From contig NZ_SNUY01000010.1 of NCBI RefSeq assembly GCF_004376175.1, forward strand, positions 42,298 through 74,297: 32,000 bases of DNA. The letters are read 5' to 3'. The stretch's first letter is position 1. Each line of letters starts with the position of its first letter. The notes beneath the pieces were generated by a model. It worked only from the letters and a program-made list of their open reading frames with translations. It was not told the origin of the DNA and made no database searches. Source of the stretch: Halalkalibacterium halodurans (GTDB lineage: Bacteria; Bacillota; Bacilli; Bacillales; Bacillaceae_D). This document shows, piece after piece, positions 1-8,893 of this stretch. The position numbers were made by a program, and so were the translations under genes.

Positions 1-1
1 T

Positions 2-82
2 CAATTAGCGGACGAAGTGGAACGAGTTCTTCATGTGGACAGCTTGCTAGAAAAAATGGAACGGTGGGGCGAAACATCATGA
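2..82 (+). CDS. 3' end of an upstream CDS entering from the left edge (product not identifiable from 26 codons; probably another gene of the cobalamin operon)
   Basis: Frame 2 is open from the window edge (...QLADEVERVLHVDSLLEKMERWGETS*). Its TGA (80-82) overlaps the ATG at 79 of the next gene in an ATGA junction. Confidence 0.4.
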   Translation, partial: QLADEVERVLHVDSLLEKMERWGETS

Positions 83-864
83 AACATGGCCTGAACGGAT
101 TGCTTTTAGCGTTTCAATTTTTAACGACTGTGCCGATCACGCGGCAGATTCCATGGACTGCACGCTCTGCCCGCTGGTCGATTGTCTGTTATCCCTTAAC
201 TGGGCTTGTATTAGGTGGTTTGCTAGTAAGCCTTTACCTTTTGCTGTCCCCGTTTCTCTCGCCGTTAGTGCTGGCAGCTCTACTGGTGACACTCTCCATT
301 TTCTATTCTGGCGGGTTGCACCTCGATGGGTGGATGGACGTGAGTGACGCATTTCTTTCTAGACGAGACCGTGAAACAAAATTGATCATATTAAAAGATT
401 CCCGTGTCGGCGCATTTGCGGTCATGACAACGATCCTCCTCATCGGCTGGAAGGTACTCCTGCTAATGGAGCTGATCGCTTTGGCTCCCCGTGAATTCAC
501 GTGGCTGCTTTTGCTCGTGCCCGTTTGTTTGCGTTGGATGATCATCGTCCAGCTTATCTATGGCAAAACGGCCTCCGATCAGGGGATGGCGGCCAGCTTG
601 CTGCCACATGTAACGACACACGTGAAAAACGCATCGAGAGTATGGTTTCTATTCATTGCTGGAGCTTGTTTTCTCTTGCTGCAAAACGTGATTCTCACCT
701 TATGCTTCCTGCTGATGATTTGGCTTTTCCCCCTCTTCTGGCTGCGCGTGTGCAAACGGGAAATTGGGGGGATGTCTGGTGATACGATTGGCGCAAGTAT
801 CGAAGGGGGCGAGCTATTCCTATGGGGCATCATGTGGACATTCTTCTTATCCGTCACAGCCTAA
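79..864 (+). CDS. cobS: Adenosylcobinamide-GDP ribazoletransferase (cobalamin synthase, CobS)
   Basis: The N-terminus MKHGLNGLLLAFQFLTTVPI is the typical CobS start. The protein is polytopic and hydrophobic, with DGWMDVSDA and GGMSGDTIGA motifs. I prefer ATG 79 over the track's GTG 64 because of the ATGA coupling with the upstream ORF. Confidence 0.85.
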   Translation: MKHGLNGLLLAFQFLTTVPITRQIPWTARSARWSIVCYPLTGLVLGGLLVSLYLLLSPFLSPLVLAALLVTLSIFYSGGLHLDGWMDVSDAFLSRRDRETKLIILKDSRVGAFAVMTTILLIGWKVLLLMELIALAPREFTWLLLLVPVCLRWMIIVQLIYGKTASDQGMAASLLPHVTTHVKNASRVWFLFIAGACFLLLQNVILTLCFLLMIWLFPLFWLRVCKREIGGMSGDTIGASIEGGELFLWGIMWTFFLSVTA

Positions 865-1451
865 CAGTGTGCAATGAACAGAAGCGATATAATGGATGGA
901 AGGACGAGCATTTATCTCCGAACGGAAGGGCTGCTGCGCAAATGCTTTCCCAGCGTATGCCACTAGTCGATTGCGTTTGTTCTAGCGATTTAACCCGGGC
1001 TTGTGAAACGGCTTCGATTCTATTTCCAGGTCATGAGATTCAAGCGTTCCCTGAGTTTCGCGAAGTGAATTTTGGGTGTTGGGAAGGAAAACGTTACGAT
1101 GAACTTATGGACGAACCTTCTTATCGCCAATGGCTTGAGGACGCGGAGCAGTTTTATCCGCCTGATGGAGAGACATTGCCCACCTTCTATAAAAGGGTCA
1201 ACCAGGGATGGGAGAAGTTATTACAAGAAGCAAACGCTAGAAAGGCGCATCGGCTCGCAGTTGTTACCCATGCAGGAGTCATTCGCGTGCTGCTCGATAC
1301 GTGGGCAAGGCGTGAGGATGTCACGTTTTGGGATTGGAAAATTCCATTTGGTGTAGGCTATTGGATTTTTGGTACGTATGAAAAAGAAAGGAAGGAATTT
1401 CAGTGCATTTCGTTACAGGAGGAGCATTTCATGGAAAGCACCAATGGGTGA
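822..1451 (+). CDS. cobC: Histidine phosphatase family protein, probable alpha-ribazole-5'-phosphate phosphatase (CobC)
   Basis: It has the N-terminal ILLIRHS (RHG-type) motif and a later VTHAGVIR motif of the phosphoglycerate-mutase-like fold, and sits between cobS and the cobU-like gene. The start is uncertain (ATG 822 or GTG 834). It overlaps the end of cobS. Confidence 0.7.
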   Translation: MGHHVDILLIRHSLTVCNEQKRYNGWKDEHLSPNGRAAAQMLSQRMPLVDCVCSSDLTRACETASILFPGHEIQAFPEFREVNFGCWEGKRYDELMDEPSYRQWLEDAEQFYPPDGETLPTFYKRVNQGWEKLLQEANARKAHRLAVVTHAGVIRVLLDTWARREDVTFWDWKIPFGVGYWIFGTYEKERKEFQCISLQEEHFMESTNG

Positions 1452-1825
1452 GAGAGCGCTATAATCTCCAAAGGCGATCGGACTATGTTGTTCATAACGG
1501 ATTTGCAGGTGCAAAAGTTTTACCATCAAGTATTGAAGAAGGAGAGCTTGTCATTGTGACAGGGCTCCATCTGTACATTCGAATGCTGCAAGGGCATGAG
1601 GAGCCGCGAACAGTGTTTAAACATTGGCTTCAAGACGCGATTTCATGGGAAAAAGGGGGAAAGACGGTCGTTCTGATCGGAAATGAGATTGGCAAAGGCA
1701 TTGTGCCTGTAAAACGAGAGGACAGGGAATGGCGTGACCTTGTTGGTTTGTGTTATCAAGATATCGTTCGATTAGCTGAGCGGGTCGATCTCATCTGGTA
1801 CGGCTTGAACCAGCAAATAAAATAA
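1403..1825 (+). CDS. CobU-like protein (adenosylcobinamide kinase/guanylyltransferase fold), short with a degenerate P-loop
   Basis: The C-terminal VVLIGNEIGKGIVPVKREDREWRDLVG...RVDLIWYGL aligns, from memory, with S. enterica CobU [27 protein letters not shown]...EVWLVVSGI. The N-terminal FVTGGAFHGKH sits where the Walker A motif VTGGARSGKS would be. The GTG start follows the RBS AAGGAAGGA at 1388-1396. Confidence 0.6.
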   Translation: MHFVTGGAFHGKHQWVRERYNLQRRSDYVVHNGFAGAKVLPSSIEEGELVIVTGLHLYIRMLQGHEEPRTVFKHWLQDAISWEKGGKTVVLIGNEIGKGIVPVKREDREWRDLVGLCYQDIVRLAERVDLIWYGLNQQIK

Positions 1826-1839
1826 AGGGGGACTGTCAC

Positions 1840-2430
1840 ATGCGACTTTATACACGAACTGGAGATGAAGGAAAAACAAGTGTGATCGGGGGACGATTAG
1901 CTAAGGATGATACGAGAGTGGTTGCCTATGGAACAACAGATGAATTAAATTCGTTTGTCGGATTGGCCATCACACAGCTGGACGAAAATACATTTGCTGA
2001 TATCCGCGGTGAGTTATTCAAAATCCAGCATGAGCTCTTTGACTGTGGCGGTGACTTGGCGATGCTGAAAGTGAAGGAAGATCGTCCATACAAAGCGAAG
2101 CAAGAGATCGTGGACTTCCTTGAGCAACGAATTGATGCCTACATTAAGGAAGCACCAGAATTAGAGCGATTTATTTTACCAGGAGGCTCTGAGGCTGCCG
2201 CGAGTCTCCACGTATGTCGCACGATTGCCCGGAGAGCCGAGCGTTATGTTGTCCGTTTGCAGCAAGAAGGAGAGATAAACCCGATCGTATTAAAATATTT
2301 GAATCGGTTATCGGACTACTTTTTTGCTGTTGCCCGTGTAGTAAACTCCCGTCTACAGGTTCCTGATGTGGAGTATGAGCGAAGTGCGATTGTATTCCGT
2401 GAGGGTAAGCGAAAAGAAGATAAGAAATAG
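1840..2430 (+). CDS. PduO-type ATP:cob(I)alamin adenosyltransferase
   Basis: MRLYTRTGDEGKTSVIGG is the hallmark N-terminus of the family. The size (~190 aa) fits, the RBS AAAGGGGGA lies upstream, and the gene is in cobalamin operon context. Confidence 0.9.
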   Translation: MRLYTRTGDEGKTSVIGGRLAKDDTRVVAYGTTDELNSFVGLAITQLDENTFADIRGELFKIQHELFDCGGDLAMLKVKEDRPYKAKQEIVDFLEQRIDAYIKEAPELERFILPGGSEAAASLHVCRTIARRAERYVVRLQQEGEINPIVLKYLNRLSDYFFAVARVVNSRLQVPDVEYERSAIVFREGKRKEDKK

Positions 2431-2576
2431 GGTGGAGCGAGCCTCAATATGACGTGAATCAAATACGTTTTACAAGTTACAACCCCCTTTTTTGAGAGAG
2501 CAATAGAGAGTTGTAAAAACTTTGAAACTGGCGACATATAGTATGGAGCGGAGCTTTTTTGAAAAGGGGGATTGAA

Positions 2577-3497
2577 TTGAAAAGGAAGGTGTGTTTTAGT
2601 TTTATTGGGCTGCTCCTTCTTGCCACCGGTTGTTCTCAAGCGGAAGGAAAGGAACCTGCTTTTGCATCTTTTCATTCACAAATGGCATTGGACCATCATG
2701 GTGCTAAGGCTCCGGTCGTGCTGGATGTGCTATTAATGAATGAACTATCGGGGGAAAATGAAAAGGTCAGATTAAACGATTATGGATACTGGCCTGGGCG
2801 TGAGCTAGACATGACAGCTTTGGCTGATTTGGCGGGCGGGCTTGCGGAAGCGATTGACACTCCGATGAAAAACCCGCGATTGATGACAGATGGAACGTTT
2901 CTCCCCGGGGAACCTCGGGTTATTTTATCAGAACAAGAATTTGTTGAGAAGCTATCCTCTATTGCCCCGCTTGAAGCTGATGTCGTTATGCCGATCTATT
3001 TGACAGAACCGAATGTAACTGAAGAAGAGCTTAAGGAAAAGAAAACGGAAGAAGTCGCTTCGTTTACCACTTATTTTGACTCATCTGTAGCAGGGCGGAC
3101 GGAAAATATTCGTTTGTCGGCTGACGCTATTCATGGCACCGTCCTAGGCCCAGGAGATACGTTTTCGTTTAACCATGAAGTTGGGGAACGAACGGTCGAA
3201 CGAGGCTATAAGGAAGCAAAGGAGATCGTCAACAAAGAGTTTGTTATGGGGATCGGGGGTGGGATTTGTCAAACATCATCCACGCTCTTTAATGCCGTTG
3301 ATCAAGCTGGTTTATCCATCGTTGAGCGTTTCACCCATTCAAGAGAAATTGGGTATGTTCCAACGGGACGGGATGCGACGGTTTCTTGGGGAGGACCTGA
3401 TTTTCGATTTTCAAATCCATTTGACGAGCCGATCTGGATCCAAACAAGCGTCGAAGGTGGTGCCATTACCGTATCAGTCTATGTCTTTACTTCATAA
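2577..3497 (+). CDS. VanW-domain lipoprotein
   Basis: It has a lipobox (LLLATGC S) after a basic N-terminus. The C-terminal GPGDTFSFNHEVGERT...GIGGGICQTSSTLFNAV...HS is the VanW domain signature. I prefer TTG 2577, 7 nt after the RBS AAAGGGGG, over the track start at 2559. Confidence 0.8.
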   Translation: MKRKVCFSFIGLLLLATGCSQAEGKEPAFASFHSQMALDHHGAKAPVVLDVLLMNELSGENEKVRLNDYGYWPGRELDMTALADLAGGLAEAIDTPMKNPRLMTDGTFLPGEPRVILSEQEFVEKLSSIAPLEADVVMPIYLTEPNVTEEELKEKKTEEVASFTTYFDSSVAGRTENIRLSADAIHGTVLGPGDTFSFNHEVGERTVERGYKEAKEIVNKEFVMGIGGGICQTSSTLFNAVDQAGLSIVERFTHSREIGYVPTGRDATVSWGGPDFRFSNPFDEPIWIQTSVEGGAITVSVYVFTS

Positions 3498-3517
3498 CCT
3501 TGCAACATTCTAATGTA

Positions 3518-3548
3518 CCGCATGCTGAAAATAGCTGCGGTTTTTTTG
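3518..3548 (+). terminator. Probable intrinsic terminator after the VanW gene
   Basis: A short stem (ccgca...tgcgg) is followed by a T7 run. Confidence 0.4.
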
Positions 3549-3559
3549 TTGCACTATTT

Positions 3560-3590
3560 GTCATAAAACGGCCTCGCTTATCTCATACTA
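3560..3590 (+). promoter_or_regulatory. Candidate forespore (sigma-G type) promoter of the ger operon
   Basis: CATACTA at 3584-3590 fits the sigma-G -10 consensus CATxHTA as I recall it. TCATA lies 18 nt upstream as an imperfect -35 (GHATR). The element sits ~30 nt upstream of the gerA-family start. Confidence 0.3.
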
Positions 3591-3621
3591 ACGAATAATG
3601 ACGGGCGAGGAGGGAAGGCAA

Positions 3622-5112
3622 ATGTTTTTTAAATGGCTGTTAAACCAAATGCATGCCAAGCCGAAGCTCACCGTTGCAGACGTTTTGTCCCAGTGTAAAC
3701 AGTCCAATGATTATACGGAGTTTTTAAACCATCAAAAAGGTTTCCCATACATACTCTCTTACTACGAAACATTAATCGATGCTGACCGTCTCAATCAAGA
3801 TGTCACGCCTTATTTAAAGAAAGAAGCAAAAACATTAGAGGAATTAATTGAAGATGTTCCAATTCAAAATAAGGAAATCTCAGATGATCCCCAGCAAATT
3901 AAGACAAAGGTGATGCAAGGGTTTGTCTTATTACGAAAAAAAGGGGAGGGCCATGAGGTTGCTCTTATTGAAGTGACGATGGATTCTGGGCGTGAGGTTC
4001 AAAGGCCTGAAGTAGAATTTAGCGTTTCCGGACCACAGGAGTCGTTTGTTGAAGCTTTGCAGATCAATATTAACTTAATTCGTAAACGTCTGCCAATGCC
4101 ACAGTTAAAAGTCGAACAATTAACCGTCGGTCAGTTAACGAAAACAAAGGTCGCCCTGTTGTACATTGAGGGGATTGCCAATGAAGAGAATGTGAATACG
4201 ATTCGCCAGCGGATCGATAAAATCGAATTCGACCAAGTCATTGACTCTAACAGCTTAGCACAAATGATTACCGATAAGTCGTTGTCTATTTTTCCACAAT
4301 TGATTAATACGGAAAGGCCAGAACGGGTAGCCGCCGTATTAGCAGAAGGCAAAGTTGCCTTTTTATGCGATGGTTCCCCTGAAGTGATCTTTGGCCCATC
4401 GACTCTTGTGGAATTTTTCTCTTCACTTGAGGATTATTACTTAACATGGCAAATTGCAACATTTGTTCGGCTATTACGTTTTTTTTCGCTTACGTTTTCC
4501 GTGCTTGCTACACCCGTTTATATTGCAGTATTAACGTTTCATTATGAGCTGATTCCGAAAGATTTACTCGCGACGATAATTGCTTCGCGAAGCAACATTC
4601 CCCTCCCTCCGTTCATTGAAGCGATCATTTTAGAGTTAACGATCGAATTGCTTCGCGAAGCGGGAGCAAGACTCCCGACGAGGATAGGGCAAACGATCGG
4701 GATCGTAGGCGGGATTGTCATTGGACAAGCGTCGGTTGAAGCAGGTCTTACGAGTAACGTGCTATTAATCATCGTCGCGTTAGCCGCACTTGCCTCCTTT
4801 ACAACGCCTGTCTACCAGATGGGGAATACGATTCGTTTATTACGCTTTCCGTTCATGATCGCAGCAGCTGCATTAGGATTAGTAGGGATTACGGTGTGTA
4901 CGATTTATTTAATCGTCCACCTCTTGCGCTTGACTTCTCTCGGCAGACCTTATTTGCAACCAATTTATCCATTCCGGTTTAAGGATCTTCGCGATGCGTT
5001 TGTGCGTATGCCGTTCAGTTGGATGGCAGAGCGACCGCAATTGACACGGCCGAAAGATCGCGGACGTCTGAATTTCTTTCGCGCCAATGAACGTCGCGAC
5101 ATCGATGAGTGA
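3622..5112 (+). CDS. Spore germination protein, GerA-family A subunit
   Basis: A soluble N-terminal domain is followed by a C-terminal multi-TM region typical of GerAA/GerKA proteins, and it is the first gene of an A-B-C operon. I prefer ATG 3622, after the RBS GAGGAGGGA. Confidence 0.85.
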   Translation: MFFKWLLNQMHAKPKLTVADVLSQCKQSNDYTEFLNHQKGFPYILSYYETLIDADRLNQDVTPYLKKEAKTLEELIEDVPIQNKEISDDPQQIKTKVMQGFVLLRKKGEGHEVALIEVTMDSGREVQRPEVEFSVSGPQESFVEALQININLIRKRLPMPQLKVEQLTVGQLTKTKVALLYIEGIANEENVNTIRQRIDKIEFDQVIDSNSLAQMITDKSLSIFPQLINTERPERVAAVLAEGKVAFLCDGSPEVIFGPSTLVEFFSSLEDYYLTWQIATFVRLLRFFSLTFSVLATPVYIAVLTFHYELIPKDLLATIIASRSNIPLPPFIEAIILELTIELLREAGARLPTRIGQTIGIVGGIVIGQASVEAGLTSNVLLIIVALAALASFTTPVYQMGNTIRLLRFPFMIAAAALGLVGITVCTIYLIVHLLRLTSLGRPYLQPIYPFRFKDLRDAFVRMPFSWMAERPQLTRPKDRGRLNFFRANERRDIDE

Positions 5113-5136
5113 TTATTTAGAGAAAAAGGTGATTGG

Positions 5137-6249
5137 ATGGGACATCAAGTAAAGGAGCCATTTCTCGTTTCGACTGGAATGACGTTCTTTTTAGTTCACG
5201 GAATGCAGGTCGGAATCGGGGCCCTTAGTTTTCAACGGGCAATCGTGAAAATTTCCGGTTATGATGGATGGATATCGATCATCATCGCCGGAATTGTCGT
5301 TCAAATCATCATTGCCCTCATGTACGCTCTCCTTAACCGGGCGAATGGTGATTTAATCTCGGTTCATGACGATATTTTTGGAAAATGGCTTGGTGGGGTC
5401 TTTAGCGTCATCTTCGGTGTCTATCTCCTTTTATTAGCTGTCGTTATTTTGCGAATCTATATTCAGATTGTTCAAGCATGGGTGTTTCATGATTTACCGA
5501 CATGGATCATTACGCTTATCTTAGCATGGATCTTTTATTTGCTCATCTCTGGGGGATTCCGTAAAGTGGTCGGCATTTGCTTTCTTGGGGTCATTGTACC
5601 AGCGCCGTTGTTTACGATCTTATTAATGCCTCTAGAATTCGGGCATTTTATTAACATGCTGCCGATCTGGAAGCATACGCTTAGCGAGTTAATAGCAGGT
5701 GCGAAGGAAGCTTCTTTAAGTTATTTAGGCTTTGAAATTTTGTTGTTATGCTATCCGTTCATTAAACAACGAGAAAAATCCCATAAATGGGCACAGCTTG
5801 GTGGTTTAATGACGATTTTTGCTTATACTAGCTTAATGGTAATTAGTTTAGCCTTTTATAGTGAGGAACAGCTTCATCGCACGATTTGGGCAACATTGAC
5901 CCTTTTTAAAGTAGTAGAGTTTCCGTTTATTGAGCGATTTGAATATATTGGTATTTCTTTATGGTTGTTGTTAATTTCACCGAATATTGCGTTACCTGTA
6001 TGGGGAGCCAGTCGAATTGGAAAACGTGTATTAGGCATTAATCAGCGGACGGTCTTAGTGTTTGTCATAGCAATCTTAGCTTTAATTACGATGTTCCTTC
6101 AGACGAGCCAAGAAATAGAAACGCTCGCTTTATGGGTTTCTGAATTCGGTTTTTATTTTGTTGGGGTATACGTTCCGTTGTTGGTTATGGTTTATCTTGC
6201 GGTTTCCCACTTAAGGAGTGGTGCTGATGAAAAAACAACGACAAGTTAA
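5137..6249 (+). CDS. Spore germination protein, GerA-family B subunit (spore permease)
   Basis: It is a ~370 aa protein with about 10 TM segments, permease-like, sitting between the A and C subunits. Confidence 0.85.
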   Translation: MGHQVKEPFLVSTGMTFFLVHGMQVGIGALSFQRAIVKISGYDGWISIIIAGIVVQIIIALMYALLNRANGDLISVHDDIFGKWLGGVFSVIFGVYLLLLAVVILRIYIQIVQAWVFHDLPTWIITLILAWIFYLLISGGFRKVVGICFLGVIVPAPLFTILLMPLEFGHFINMLPIWKHTLSELIAGAKEASLSYLGFEILLLCYPFIKQREKSHKWAQLGGLMTIFAYTSLMVISLAFYSEEQLHRTIWATLTLFKVVEFPFIERFEYIGISLWLLLISPNIALPVWGASRIGKRVLGINQRTVLVFVIAILALITMFLQTSQEIETLALWVSEFGFYFVGVYVPLLVMVYLAVSHLRSGADEKTTTS

Positions 6250-7336
6250 AAAGCTTGCTGTACTTGCGGCAGTATTCCTAATAACTGGCTGCATCCAAAC
6301 AAGTATCATTGATGATGTGGCACTTATTGAGGCAGCGGCACTTGATCGGACGGAAAATGACAACATTAAGCTGACCGTAAGTTATCCTACTTTTTTAGAG
6401 CAAGGTCAAGAAAACATCTTGCAATCTGACCAAGCAACGGCTGTTGCCAAAACGATCAAAGGAGCCCGAGAGCTATTGAACGGTAGCTCACAGCGGCCAT
6501 TAAAGTTCGGACAAATTCGCGTCCTTCTGTTTAGTGATGCCCTTTCAGAATCAGGAGTTGAGCCGTATGTAGATTCGATGTATCGGGATCCATCCATAGG
6601 GAACCGCGTCTTGTTAGCTGTAGTCGACGGGGAGGCACAGGACGCCTTGATGATTAGGCTTGGAGCAGGGGAGCGACCTGGCGTCTTTTTAGGGGATTTA
6701 TTGCTACATAACATGGAGGAACATTTGCTTCCATCGACAAACCTCCATGTTTTTATGTTTAGCGCCCTTAACGATGCCCGTGATCCTTACTTACCGTTAT
6801 TACTCGTAAAAGATGATAAGCTAAGGATCGGAGGAACGGCCCTTTTTAAAAGAGATCGATTCGTCGATAATATCGGAATCGAGGATTCTTTCTTTCTTAA
6901 ATTGATGGTGGATGAGATGAAACAAACAACCCATCAATTTCAAATCGATGAGGATGGAGAAAAAGCCTATGTGGTGGTAGAGAAAATTTTTTCATCCTTC
7001 AATCGCGAGATGACCGGTTCAATGGAGGCGCCTCACTTCCGTTGTCATATTCATTTTCGCGGGGAAATAACCGACTATACAGGCCCGTTGACTTTAACAA
7101 AAGATGAGACGATGAATAAAATTGAAGAGGGAATGGCACGACAAATTGCAACAAAAGGTGAGGAATTGCTCAAGAGATTTCAATCTCTTGGCATCGATCC
7201 TGTAGGGTTAGGGGAAAAATACCGTAGCCATACACGAGACTGGAAGCCGGAAGTGTGGCACGATTCCATATATGAACAGGCCACTGTAGAAGTGACAGCC
7301 GAGGTGGAAATTGTCCAATCAGGAGTAACGGAATAA
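6227..7336 (+). CDS. Spore germination protein, GerA-family C subunit lipoprotein
   Basis: MKKQRQVKKLAVLAAVFLITGC is a lipoprotein signal. The ~370 aa size and position as third gene of the operon fit. ATG 6227 lies 8 nt after AAGGAG, and the gene overlaps the end of the B subunit. Confidence 0.85.
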   Translation: MKKQRQVKKLAVLAAVFLITGCIQTSIIDDVALIEAAALDRTENDNIKLTVSYPTFLEQGQENILQSDQATAVAKTIKGARELLNGSSQRPLKFGQIRVLLFSDALSESGVEPYVDSMYRDPSIGNRVLLAVVDGEAQDALMIRLGAGERPGVFLGDLLLHNMEEHLLPSTNLHVFMFSALNDARDPYLPLLLVKDDKLRIGGTALFKRDRFVDNIGIEDSFFLKLMVDEMKQTTHQFQIDEDGEKAYVVVEKIFSSFNREMTGSMEAPHFRCHIHFRGEITDYTGPLTLTKDETMNKIEEGMARQIATKGEELLKRFQSLGIDPVGLGEKYRSHTRDWKPEVWHDSIYEQATVEVTAEVEIVQSGVTE

Positions 7337-7457
7337 ACAACCTTTCACATACGTTTGAACTTTTTTAGTCATAATATGGAGCATGTGTCCATAGGATAGC
7401 AGTAGATCATGGACGAGTTCATTCCAGCTAAATGAGCGAACACATAAGGAGGAACCC

Positions 7458-8369
7458 ATGCTTGATTTTATTAAAAGGTTGTTTATTGCCCTTGCGATCG
7501 GAACGTGTATCGGAATCATGTTCATCGGTACAAGTACAGCCTCTGCAGAAGAAAAAGCGATTTCACCTATTCATATTTGGCCGACCGTAGGGGAAATTAC
7601 AGATACATTTGGAACGAGAGGCGGGACCCATCACGGGATTGATATTGCTGCACCTGTTGGGACCCCTGTTATTTCTATTGCAGACGGAATGGTAAGAAAA
7701 TCTTATTATTCAGATAGCTATGGCCATGTCATTTTTGTTCAACATGATCATGGTTTGGAAACGGTTTATGCACACTTGAATGAAAGGTTTGTAGAGGAAG
7801 GCGACACAGTAAAGGAAGGCGAGCAAATTGGTACCGTTGGTAACACCGGGAGATCGTCTGGTCCGCACCTTCATTTTGAGGTACATAAGGATGAATGGAA
7901 TGTTGAAAAATCAAATGCGATTGACCCGTTTCTCGTCTTAGCTGATGAGCGGGATTATATGTATGCTGCCGTGGATGATAGCTGGAAAGACGGGAAGGAA
8001 GAGGAATCCACGTATGCATTTAAAAACAAATTTACTAACGAAGATGAGGATGAACTAGAAGAAATAGAGCTGCTAGAAAATCAACAAGTTTTTACGGTTT
8101 CAAAAGGTGATACTTTATGGGGAATCGCGCAAAAACATGAAATGAGTGTAGAAACGTTAATGGAGATCAACGGTTTAAACGACACATTGATCCATCCTAG
8201 AGATGACCTTATCGTCCTTCTTGATGACGAAGAAAGTCATGTCGTGAAAACGGGAGATACACTCTATCGGATTGCGCTAAACCATCAGTTAACAGTGGAA
8301 GAGTTGCAAGCGAATAATGACTTAACAGATGAGTTGATTTTCCCTGGTCAAGTGTTGGCTCTAAAGTAA
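7458..8369 (+). CDS. M23 family metallopeptidase with two C-terminal LysM domains
   Basis: It has a signal/TM N-terminus, the HHGIDIAAPVGTPV and GPHLHFEV M23 zinc motifs, and two LysM repeats (FTVSKGDTLWGIAQKH..., HVVKTGDTLYRIALNH...). Confidence 0.85.
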   Translation: MLDFIKRLFIALAIGTCIGIMFIGTSTASAEEKAISPIHIWPTVGEITDTFGTRGGTHHGIDIAAPVGTPVISIADGMVRKSYYSDSYGHVIFVQHDHGLETVYAHLNERFVEEGDTVKEGEQIGTVGNTGRSSGPHLHFEVHKDEWNVEKSNAIDPFLVLADERDYMYAAVDDSWKDGKEEESTYAFKNKFTNEDEDELEEIELLENQQVFTVSKGDTLWGIAQKHEMSVETLMEINGLNDTLIHPRDDLIVLLDDEESHVVKTGDTLYRIALNHQLTVEELQANNDLTDELIFPGQVLALK

Positions 8370-8447
8370 AAGGAGCTCTGTCGCCAGCCTATGTGTAAGT
8401 GTGGTAAAATAAGACTTGATCACTAGGTAAAAAGGACGGAAAATAGG

Positions 8448-8831
8448 ATGGGACAGGTGCAAGCGACAACAGAGCTTTTTCAATGGTTAAATGAACAAAC
8501 AGACCTTACAAGCTATCAGATCGATTTAGTGGATGGGTTTGTGTTTATGCTGAAAAGAATTAAACACCATGGCCATATTCGTTTAACAGCACCGGATACG
8601 ATTCACCCTCGTTTTTGGAAATGTCATGATCGGACATTTGGCTATCGGTTGATGAAAGGGAACAGAAGACGACCCGCTCATCTATACAAGTTTTATTTTG
8701 ATGTGGCAAAGGTGGAAGGGCTTCTTCACATTCACAAGCAATCCGTTAGCTTGTCAGACAAAGGGGTTCAATTTCTTACGTATTCCAAAGAAATACAATT
8801 AGATCGTTTGTGCCATCATATCTGGATATAA
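8448..8831 (+). CDS. Hypothetical protein (127 aa)
   Basis: It is an isolated ORF with a purine-rich RBS, followed directly by a strong terminator. I recognise no family. Confidence 0.45.
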   Translation: MGQVQATTELFQWLNEQTDLTSYQIDLVDGFVFMLKRIKHHGHIRLTAPDTIHPRFWKCHDRTFGYRLMKGNRRRPAHLYKFYFDVAKVEGLLHIHKQSVSLSDKGVQFLTYSKEIQLDRLCHHIWI

Positions 8832-8865
8832 AAAAACTAGCTGGGTAACGCCAGCTAGTTTTTTT
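8831..8865. terminator. Bidirectional intrinsic terminator between convergent genes
   Basis: The sequence aaaaaa-ctagctgg-gtaacg-ccagctag-ttttttt has an A-run and a T-run flanking a perfect 8-bp stem. Confidence 0.75.
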
Positions 8866-8893
8866 ACAATAGGGACAAGCTTCATTGCTCGTG

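Noticed and set aside
137-857. ORFs 137-352(-), 153-347(+), 303-545(-), 501-782(+) and 579-857(-) within cobS
   Set aside because: All overlap the CobS membrane-protein frame. Hydrophobic-protein genes typically generate such alternative-frame ORFs, and none has a start context.
2316-2675. Minus-strand 119-aa ORF spanning the adenosyltransferase 3' end, the spacer and the VanW start
   Set aside because: It overlaps two well-supported plus-strand genes and an intergenic region. It has no RBS and a low-complexity basic composition.
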